From assembly GCA_963810285.1 (NCBI GenBank), contig CAWEMV010000002.1, positions 2,205,177 to 2,269,176 on the forward strand: 64,000 bases of DNA, given 5' to 3'. Shown piece after piece: positions 18,881 to 26,297 of the stretch; positions within the stretch are counted from its first letter, which is position 1; each line of letters begins with the position of its first letter. The stretch is from an uncultured Chloroflexia bacterium (GTDB lineage Bacteria > Chloroflexota > Limnocylindria > Limnocylindrales > CSP1-4). Below the pieces are notes generated by a model. That model saw only the letters and a program-made list of their open reading frames with translations, did not search any database and was not told where the DNA came from. The translations under genes and the position numbers were made by a program.

Positions 18881-19939
18881 ATGAGCGCCGGACCCGGCGG
18901 CACCATGCGGCGCGTCAGGAAGCGGGTCGCTGCGTCGCCAGCGGCACCCCTCATCCGTCGCGCCAACGACGCCCTCCACGGCGCGCGACCCCGTCCTGAA
19001 CCGTCCACCGACGGCGGATCGAGTCCGTCGTGGGGCTCCGTGCCCGACCGGTTCGCGGTGAAGCCACGGCCGCGTGCCATCGATGCCGACTGGCCGGAGC
19101 CGCCGGACATCGATCGAGCCGGATCGGTGGTGAAGTCGATCTACGACACCGGTGAGCGCCCGCCGGTCATGGACCTCGCGCTGCTCGAGTCGCTCAACGA
19201 GGAGTACCGCTCGAAGCCGCTCGTGCCCGAGCCGCCGGCCAACGACCAGGACAGCCGCGAGGAGCGCGCGCGCCAACGGATCCTCGGCGTGCACCGCGAG
19301 ATCGACCTCGCCGACAAGCGGACGCTCGAGCTCGGCTGTGGGGTCGGTGTGGAGGTGTGGTACGTGAGCCATCACCTCGGGGCGGACGCGTGGGGCGTCG
19401 ACGTATGCGAACGACGGGCGTGGTCGGAGCTCGCCGACGAGCGCACCCACTACGTCCTGGCCGACCTCGCGACCGACCGCTCGTTCGAGGCCGATTTCTT
19501 CGATCGCGTGTACTCGTTTGCGGTGTTCGAGCACGTCGTCCACCCTTGGGCGCTGCTCACGGAGCTCTTCCGGATCATGAAGCCGGGCGGTCTGGCGCAC
19601 ATCAACGCGAACCTCCACCGCGGTCCGAAGGCGTCGCACATCTACCGCGAGCTGTACTTCCCGTTCCCGCACCTGCTCTTCAGCGACGACGTCATCCGCG
19701 AGTTCCGGATGAAGCACCACCGGATCGACGCGGGCGCGTCGTGGGTCAACCGCCTAAGCTGGGCCCAGTACGAGGACTACTTCCGCGAGGTCGGCTTCGA
19801 GATCCGGTCGCTGCGCTTCCGCGAGACGCCGATCGACGAGGCGTTCTACCAACGCTTCTCGCACATCCTCGGGCGGTATCCGCGCTGGGACCTGACCAAG
19901 GACTTCTTCGACGTGGTGGTGGAGAAGCCGAAGGGCTAG
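18881..19939 (+). CDS. class I SAM-dependent methyltransferase
   Basis: Motif I is LELGCGVGVE, and the post-I acidic residue and 'FDRVYSFAVFEHV' are present. The ATG at 18881 is preceded by AGGAGGGAG at a 7-nt spacing. The track ORF begins at 18848. Confidence 0.75.
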   Translation: MSAGPGGTMRRVRKRVAASPAAPLIRRANDALHGARPRPEPSTDGGSSPSWGSVPDRFAVKPRPRAIDADWPEPPDIDRAGSVVKSIYDTGERPPVMDLALLESLNEEYRSKPLVPEPPANDQDSREERARQRILGVHREIDLADKRTLELGCGVGVEVWYVSHHLGADAWGVDVCERRAWSELADERTHYVLADLATDRSFEADFFDRVYSFAVFEHVVHPWALLTELFRIMKPGGLAHINANLHRGPKASHIYRELYFPFPHLLFSDDVIREFRMKHHRIDAGASWVNRLSWAQYEDYFREVGFEIRSLRFRETPIDEAFYQRFSHILGRYPRWDLTKDFFDVVVEKPKG

Positions 19940-19995
19940 CGGACGAGTCGAACGGACGCCGTCGCCGGGGTCCGTGCGCCGAATAGACTGCCGGG

Positions 19996-21078
19996 ATGCC
20001 GCCGACCGAACCGCGCCGACTGGTCATCCTCACCGAGGGTCAGTTCGGGATCCACGACGCCAAGACGGCGATGGGCGTCATCCGCTACGGACGCGACGAG
20101 ATCGTCGCCATCCTCGACTCGACCATGGCCGGCCGCAACCTGCGGGAGTTCCTCCCGGCGTTCGACATCCCGTTCGTGGGCAGCCTCGCCGGCGCGCTCG
20201 ACGGCCCCGTCCGACCGGACGGTCTGCTGATCGGAATCGCCCCGACCGGCGGCAAGCTGCCACCCGCGTGGCGCACGACGATTCTCGAAGCGATCGACGC
20301 CGGTCTCGACATCCACTCGGGGCTCCATCAGTTCCTCGGCGACGACGCGGAGTTCTCGGCGGCTGCCGCCGCGCACGGCGCCAGCCTCATCGACTACCGG
20401 CGGCCGCCGGACCGCATGGAGACGACCGTCGGCCGGAAGCACCTGCCCGGCAAGCGCGTGATCCTGACCGTCGGCACCGACTGCGCCATCGGCAAGATGT
20501 CGGTCGCGCTGGAGCTCGTCGCGTCGGCCCGCCGCGACGGTGCCGACGCGGTCATGGTCCCGACCGGCCAGACCGGGATGATGATCGAGGGCTGGGGCGT
20601 GGCGGTCGATCGGGTCATCAGCGACTTCGCCAACGGCACGGTCGAGTGGCTGGTCGAGCAGGGCGAGGAGCGTGGCGACTGGGTCATCGTCGAGGGCCAG
20701 GGCTCGATCGACCACCCTGCGTACAGCGCGGTCACGCTCGGGCTCATCCACGGGGCGACGCCGCACGCGATGGTGATGGTGCACAAGCCGGGCACGACCG
20801 AGCACGACTTCGACCACCTGCCCGACGCGTCGTTCCCGATCGCGAAGCTGGGCCCGTTCATCGATCTGCATGAGCGGATCGCCGGGGTGGTCGCTCCGTC
20901 GAAGGTCGTGGCGATCGCGCTGAACACGTCCCTCTATCCGGACGACGACGAGGCCCGGCGGTTGATCGCCCGGATCGCCGAGGAGACGGGCCTGCCGGCC
21001 GACGACCCGGTCCGCTTCGGCGCCGACCGGCTGTGGCCTGCGGTGCGCGATGCCGTGGACGCGCTGCCGTGGGTCTGA
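19996..21078 (+). CDS. DUF1611 family protein (family of the D-glutamate N-acetyltransferase DgcN)
   Basis: The typical DUF1611 blocks are present: 'LVILTEGQFGIHDAKTAMGVIRY', 'ILTVGTDCAIGKMSVALEL' and 'VIVEGQGSIDHPAYSAVTLGLIHGATP'. Confidence 0.8.
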   Translation: MPPTEPRRLVILTEGQFGIHDAKTAMGVIRYGRDEIVAILDSTMAGRNLREFLPAFDIPFVGSLAGALDGPVRPDGLLIGIAPTGGKLPPAWRTTILEAIDAGLDIHSGLHQFLGDDAEFSAAAAAHGASLIDYRRPPDRMETTVGRKHLPGKRVILTVGTDCAIGKMSVALELVASARRDGADAVMVPTGQTGMMIEGWGVAVDRVISDFANGTVEWLVEQGEERGDWVIVEGQGSIDHPAYSAVTLGLIHGATPHAMVMVHKPGTTEHDFDHLPDASFPIAKLGPFIDLHERIAGVVAPSKVVAIALNTSLYPDDDEARRLIARIAEETGLPADDPVRFGADRLWPAVRDAVDALPWV

Positions 21079-22118
21079 GCCTCCGCCACGAGGTCCTCTC
21101 GCTCGCCCTGCGCGACCCGTTCCGCATCGCCCGATCCGAGCATGGGGCAGGCACCAGCGTCACGACGGTCATCGTGGAGCTGCGTGATGACCGGTTCCCG
21201 GACCTCGTCGGGGTAGGGGAGGGCTACCCGGACCGGCTGTATGGCGAGACCCCGGCCACGATGGCGGCCGTCATGCCGATGCTGCTGGAGGCGATCGGCG
21301 AGCCAGCGTCCGATGTTGCTGGCCTCCGCGCGGCCGACGAGGCGATGGACCGGGCCATCCGCGGTCACGGGGCGGCGAAGTGCGCGCTCGACATCGCCCT
21401 CCACGACCTCGCCGGCAAGGTCCTCGGCGTGCCCGTCCACGCGTTGCTCGGGCTGTCGTCCGATCTTCCACCGACCGACTTCACGATCGGCATCGACGAG
21501 CCGGGCGTCGTGGCCGAGCGCGCCCGGCGCGCGGCCGACTTCCCGGCGCTCAAGATCAAGGTCGGTGGGCCGGCCGACCTCGCCACGCTGCGTGCGGTCC
21601 GTGACGTGTACGCGGGCCCGATCCGCATCGACGCCAACACCGGCTGGACGCGCTCCGACGCCGAGACGCTGTTGCCCGAGCTGGTCGACCTCGGCGTCGA
21701 GCTCATCGAGCAGCCCTTCCCGGCCCGCGCCTACCGCGACCTCGCCTGGCTCCAGGAGCGCTCACCGCTGCCGATCGTGGCGGACGAGTCGTGCGTCCTG
21801 CCGGAGGACCTCGCCGCCCTCGATGGTCTCGTCGCCGGTGTCAACGTGAAGCTCGCCAAGTGCGGCGGCATCGGTCCGGCGCACCGGATGCTTGTCACCG
21901 CGCGCGACATGGGCTTCGAGACCTTCCTCGGTTGCATGGAGGAGACGTCGGTCGGGATCGGCGCGTCGGCGGTGCTCGCGTCGCTCGCCGACTGGGTCGA
22001 CCTCGACGGCAACCTGCTCCTCGCCGACGACCCCTTCGAGGGTCTCGAGCTCGGCCCCGACAAGCGTTGGCGGCTCGCTGACCGACCCGGTCTCGGGCTG
22101 ACCCGCAAAGCGACCTGA
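21069..22118 (+). CDS. enolase-superfamily dipeptide epimerase-like protein (L-Ala-D/L-Glu epimerase / N-acyl amino acid racemase family)
   Basis: 'KCALDIALHDLAGKVLGVPVHALLG', 'KIKVG', 'RIDANTGW', 'IEQP', 'IVADES' and 'NVKLAKCGGI' are the MR/MLE-type metal and base motifs. The GTG at 21069 overlaps the DUF1611 stop by 10 nt. The alternative is the ATG at 21033. Confidence 0.8.
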   Translation: MGLSLRHEVLSLALRDPFRIARSEHGAGTSVTTVIVELRDDRFPDLVGVGEGYPDRLYGETPATMAAVMPMLLEAIGEPASDVAGLRAADEAMDRAIRGHGAAKCALDIALHDLAGKVLGVPVHALLGLSSDLPPTDFTIGIDEPGVVAERARRAADFPALKIKVGGPADLATLRAVRDVYAGPIRIDANTGWTRSDAETLLPELVDLGVELIEQPFPARAYRDLAWLQERSPLPIVADESCVLPEDLAALDGLVAGVNVKLAKCGGIGPAHRMLVTARDMGFETFLGCMEETSVGIGASAVLASLADWVDLDGNLLLADDPFEGLELGPDKRWRLADRPGLGLTRKAT

Positions 22119-22416
22119 GTCCGTCCCCGCACGTTTCGCACGGGTGTTCCAGCCGTTGGCGGCGGTGTGGAAAAGTTGGTGGATGAAGTCGTGGACAAGC
22201 CCCCTTCCGGCCCGTCCCGAGGACGCCTACCATGACCCGACACCGGTCGCCGCAGCGTCGAGATGGCGGGACCGGACACCTCGAACCACCCTCCGGCCGC
22301 CGGGACCGACACACCGTCGAGGCTGGGCATGGTCAGGTGTTGCCGCTACTGGCCGTGCGTGCGTCGCGTCCCCTCCAGGGCCGCCGCGTGCGCGGCAGAA
22401 GGAGGGATGGCCATCG

Positions 22417-22815
22417 ATGGAAGCACCTAGCGCCGCCACGCGAGTCCCCGACCCGGACGCGGCCGACTTCATCCGCTTCTGCTACCGGCGCCGACGCGTG
22501 GGCTGGCCGGATCTGTATGACGAGATGTGCGCCGTCGCCGCACGCGGGCTGTTTCGGGGACTCGGGACCGACGATCTCGCCGCCCATGGGATCGGGTTCT
22601 CGCTCTTCGACATGCCGGCGCTCGCCGCGATGTCGTCAGGGATCGTCGCCGAGGAGCTGGCGCTCCGCCGACCGGTGGCCGTGATGATCACGCCGCTGGA
22701 ACCGGTCATCGACGACACCGAACCGGGAACGGCCGTGGAGGCCGTGGACGCCGTGGAGCCCAGCCAGCGAGGCGAACGACCCGTCCGTCTGGCTGCGGTG
22801 CCCGCCGGGGCATAA
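22417..22815 (+). CDS. hypothetical protein (132 aa)
   Basis: RBS GAAGGAGGG lies about 10 nt before the ATG at 22417. The ORF is GC3-rich and ordered: '...DFIRFCYRRRRVGWPDLYDEMCAVAARGLFRGLGTDDLAAHGIGFSLFDMP...'. No recognised motif. Confidence 0.55.
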   Translation: MEAPSAATRVPDPDAADFIRFCYRRRRVGWPDLYDEMCAVAARGLFRGLGTDDLAAHGIGFSLFDMPALAAMSSGIVAEELALRRPVAVMITPLEPVIDDTEPGTAVEAVDAVEPSQRGERPVRLAAVPAGA

Positions 22816-22835
22816 CGGGACCGCACTCATCCGGG

Positions 22836-22865
22836 AAGGACCCCGTCGATCTCGGCGGGGTCCTT
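22836..22865 (+). terminator. hairpin after the hypothetical gene
   Basis: AAGGACCCCG...CGGGGTCCTT, a 10-bp stem beginning 21 nt after the stop at 22815. Confidence 0.45.
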
Positions 22866-22897
22866 GCTATTCCTCGCCGGACGGGCGTCGCTGGCGT

Positions 22898-23080
22898 GAT
22901 CGCTCCCAGCGATCGATTTCCGGCCCAAGCCGACCACGTAATGGCCTTCGCGCATCGATGATCGCTCCCAGCGATCAATCTCGCGTCGAGGTGGGCCCGT
23001 CCCGCCCGATACGATCACCGCCCGCGATCATCCGCGGGCTGAGCAGGTGTTCAGCCCGAAAACGATCGCTCTCGGCGATC
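22898..23080. repeat. four spaced 17-bp palindromes of the form GATC(G/A)C-N5-GCGATC between convergent genes
   Basis: 22898-22914 and 22960-22976 are both GATCGCTCCCAGCGATC (identical, with similar flanks). 23013-23029 is GATCACCGCCCGCGATC and 23064-23080 is GATCGCTCTCGGCGATC. The spacings are 62, 53 and 51 nt. Confidence 0.8.
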
Positions 23081-23127
23081 GGCCCGAGCCGCGAAGACGC
23101 CGCGGAGGGGCGCGCAAGGGCACCGCG

Positions 23128-23346
23128 TCACGACCGGATGCGGCGCCTCGCCATCTCGCCCTCGATCTGGCGCTCGGCTTCGACGTAGCGGTCGATCTGT
23201 TCGCGCAGCTCGTTCGCCTCGGGCGTGTAGAGGTGGACCTGCTGCTGGAGGATGTACGACAGCCGCCGGCTGGTCATGCGGACGTGATCGAGGTTCTTCA
23301 TCAGGACCAGGGGGTCCATCGAAGCCAGGTCCGACGGGTGGTACAT
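23128..23346 (-). CDS. small (72 aa) helical protein downstream of pspA
   Basis: MYHPSDLASMDPLVLMKNLDHVRMTSRRLSYILQQQVHLYTPEANELREQIDRYVEAERQIEGEMARRRIRS. It starts 14 nt after the pspA stop on the same strand. The composition is ordinary, unlike the surrounding alternate-frame translation. Confidence 0.55.
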   Translation of the reverse strand: MYHPSDLASMDPLVLMKNLDHVRMTSRRLSYILQQQVHLYTPEANELREQIDRYVEAERQIEGEMARRRIRS

Positions 23347-23360
23347 CAGCTCCACGAGCG

Positions 23361-24074
23361 TCAGCCTCCGCTCTTGAGCTCGGCCAGCCGTGCGTCGATC
23401 TCGAGCTCGTCCTCGTCGTCGTCGAGCGCCGCGAACTGCTCGTCGAGCGAGGCCGCCGCGACCTCCTCGCGGCCGCGGACCATCGCTTCCTGGCGCCGGA
23501 CGCGCTCTTCGTAGCGGGCGATCTCCGAGGTCGGGTCCATGACGTTGACGCTCTGGAGCGACTCCTGGACCTGTGACTGGGCTTGGGCCATCTTGGCCCG
23601 CGACACGAGCTCGTCGCGCTTCTGGACCAGCTCCTCGCGCTTGGTGCGAAGCTTGTTGAGGCCGTCCTTGAGCTTGTCGGCGAGCTCGGTCTGGCCCGCG
23701 ACCTGGGTGTCGAGCGTGCTGGTCTGGCTCTCGTAGCTGACCTGGCGTCGGATGGCGATCCTGGCCAGCTCGTCGAACCGGTCCGCCTCGGCGGTGTTGC
23801 CGGCCGAGCGCAGCTCGTCGGCGCGGCGCGAGGCGGCCTTCGCCTTGTCGCCCCACTCCACCGCCGCCGCGCGGGCTTCCTTCGCGTCCTCCTCGAGCAG
23901 CCGCAGGTTGCCGATCGTCTGGGCGACGGCCTCCTCGGCTTCGGCGATGTTGTCGGTGAAGTCGCGCACGAGCTGATCGAGCATCTTCTCGGGGTCCTCG
24001 GCACTGTCGAGGATCGCGTTGATGTTCGCGCGGATCAGCTGGCTGACGCGGCCGAGGATCGAGCTCTGTGCCAT
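23361..24074 (-). CDS. pspA: PspA/IM30 family protein
   Basis: The N-terminus MAQSSILGRVSQLIRANINAILDSAEDPEKMLDQLVRDF is the canonical PspA start. It is followed by about 200 aa of coiled-coil and an acidic tail. Confidence 0.9.
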   Translation of the reverse strand: MAQSSILGRVSQLIRANINAILDSAEDPEKMLDQLVRDFTDNIAEAEEAVAQTIGNLRLLEEDAKEARAAAVEWGDKAKAASRRADELRSAGNTAEADRFDELARIAIRRQVSYESQTSTLDTQVAGQTELADKLKDGLNKLRTKREELVQKRDELVSRAKMAQAQSQVQESLQSVNVMDPTSEIARYEERVRRQEAMVRGREEVAAASLDEQFAALDDDEDELEIDARLAELKSGG

Positions 24075-24154
24075 GGGTCTGGTCTCCATCGATCGGTCGT
24101 GGTTTGGATGGATACGGTACGGCGCGCGTGCGTCGCCGCGCAAAGCGGACGTCG

Positions 24155-26256
24155 TCACCAGCGCCCGCCGCGCCCGCGCCCGCCGCCTCCGCCGCCGAAC
24201 GTGCCGGTGCCGAACCCGCCACCGCGTCCCCAGCCGCCGCTGAGATCCGGAAAGCCGCCGCCTCCCCGCCGGCCCGGGGATCCCCACGGGGAGCCACCCC
24301 AGCCGCCCCCGGCGCCGGAGCGGATGACCCCGCCGATGACCCCGCCGAGGATCTGGCCGAGCAGCTCGGCCGTCGCGTCGCCGCCCCGGGGCTGACCCCA
24401 GCCGGGCCCGCCGCTGTCCCAGCCCGAGAAGTCCGACGCTGCGAGCTGGTACGCCTCGCCGGCCAGCTGTTGCGCCCGGCGGGCGCGCTCGATGGCCGCC
24501 GCCGGTTCCTGTGCGGCCACGGCCGTGGCCCCCTCGAGGTTGCGCTGCGCCTCGGCCAGCCGGGTGCGTGCGGCGTCGCCGACCCCGGGCCGGCGTGAGG
24601 CGATGAACGTGGCGGCCCGGTCGTACTCGATGGTGGCAGTGCGGATCGTCGAGTCGGCGGTCGATTCGAGCCGGTCACGGGCGGCCGCCGCGTCGCGCGT
24701 GGCGAGCAGCGCCTCGTCGGCGAGCCGGTGCGCCTCGGTCGCGAGCCGGAGCGCCTCGACCGGGTCCGCCGGCTGGCCGACGCCGCGGCATGGGCGGCGT
24801 CGAGGGCGCGTTCGACCTCGCCGATCCGCGCGTCGATCCCGGCGTCGGCGGCACCCGCGTCCGGGCGGACGGTCCGGGTCTCGCGGAGATCCCGTTCCGC
24901 CTCGGCAAGCTCGGCCGGCAGCCGGCGTTCGGCGTCGACAACACTTGCCGCGACCCGGTCGATCGCGTCGAGCAGCTCGGTCGAACCGGTGATGCCCTCG
25001 AGTCCCTCGCGCGTCGCGACTGCGACGGCCGGACGGTCGTCGCGCGCCATCGCGGCACTCGCGACCGTGACCGCCGTCCGTGCCCCGTCCAGCCCCTTCT
25101 CGACCTCCTCGATGTTGCCAGCCACCGGGCGCCACGCGGACTCGGCGTAGCGGTCCAGGCCGGCCAGCGCCTCGCGCGCCGTCGGCAGCCGGTCCTCGAC
25201 GTCCTCGATCCGACCAGGCAGCTCGACGAGCGTCGCGGGTGCGTCGCGTTCGAGGTCGCGCAGCCCGCGGATATCGGCCGTCTCCGCATCGAGCGTGCCG
25301 AGCGCCCGGGTCGTGCGCTCGACGATCTCGCGCAGCATCGCATCGCGGGCGGCCTCGTCCTCCGGCACATCGTCGTCGAGCTTCTGGCGGAGCGTGAACG
25401 AGGCCGCCAGCTCGCCCTGGGCATCGGTCACAGCGCGGCGCAGCTCCCCGACGGCGTCGGGACCGTACTGGGCCTCGGCGAAGTCGATCTCCTGGCGCGC
25501 GTCGCGGATGCGCTCGTCGGTCGCGATGAGCAGCGCGTTGGCGCGCTGGCGCAGCTCGGGCCCGGACAGCTGGGCAGGCTCCGCGACGGCGCTGCCGGCC
25601 GCGGGCGCCGCCGGGCGGCGACCCCGCCACCATCGGTACAGCAGCCAGCCGCCGATGGCCAGGAGGATCAGCGCGGCGATCGTCCCCAGGGCACTGCCGC
25701 CATCGCCACCGCTCGGCGGCGTGGTCGGCTCGACCGGCCCGGGGACGGCCGGCGGCTCGGTCGGTGCAGCGGACTCGGCGGCGAGCCCGAGCGCCTCGAT
25801 CGCCGCGATCGTCCCGTCGGCCTCATTCCCATCGCGCAGGGCAGGCTCGAGCGTGCCGGTCAGGATCGCATCCAGCTCGTCGTCGCTGATCTCGTCGAGC
25901 GAGTCGGACACCCAGATGTAGTCGGTCCGGTCGTCCATCGCGACGAGCAGGAGGGCGTCGTCGACGCCGAGCGAGTTGAGCGCCGCGGTCTGCTGGGCAT
26001 AGTCACCGGCCGACAGCTCGCCGGTCGTCTCGACGAACAGGACGAAGACCTGGACCCCGTGATCGTCGAGCGTCCTCTCGATGACGGCTTCGATGTCATC
26101 GACGCGGTCGGTAAGGACGCCGGCCGTGTCGGTGACCGGGCCCCCCAGGCGCATGACGTCCTCGGCGAGCGCGGTGGCCGGGAGGACCAGCGCGAAGGCC
26201 ATCGCCAGCGCGGACAGGGCGAGCGGCAGGCGGACGAACGGGCGAGGTCGAGTCAC
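24155..26256 (-). pseudogene. TPM-domain (YgcG-like) membrane protein with a long cytoplasmic coiled-coil and a Gly/Trp/Arg-rich tail. The frame is broken once in this sequence.
   Basis: Signal peptide MTRPRPFVRLPLALSALAMAFALVLPATALA. TPM block 'GPVTDTAGVLTDRVDDIEAVIERTLDDHGVQVFVLFVETTG...ALLLVAMDDRTDYIWVSDSL'. TM segment ALGTIAALILLAIGGWLLY. The sensible translation changes frame between 24772 and 24789: ...IGEVERALDAAHAAA / GQPADPVEALRLATEAHRLADE... It ends ...GGGFGTGTFGGGGGGRGRGGRW at 24155. The span is 3n+2. Without a correction the N-frame runs on as junk through pspA to 23128. Confidence 0.6.
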
Positions 26257-26297
26257 GCCCCAATCGTACGGGGAGCCGCGCTCACGGGTGGGCGGCG

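Noticed and set aside
22408-22431. A seven-codon mini-ORF (MAIDGST) overlapping the start of the 132-aa hypothetical gene, as a possible uORF.
   Set aside because: Its ATG lies only 1 nt after the GGAGG of the RBS (0 nt after the full GAAGGAGGG), which is too close for initiation. The same RBS is well spaced for the ATG at 22417.
23128-26256. A 1042-aa ORF that could be read as one giant protein.
   Set aside because: Only its first ~490 residues (TPM domain plus coiled-coil) and its last 72 residues (the small protein after pspA) look like protein. The middle is R/S/P/G junk that overlaps the bona fide pspA gene in another frame. It is better explained by a frameshifted TPM gene plus two separate downstream genes.
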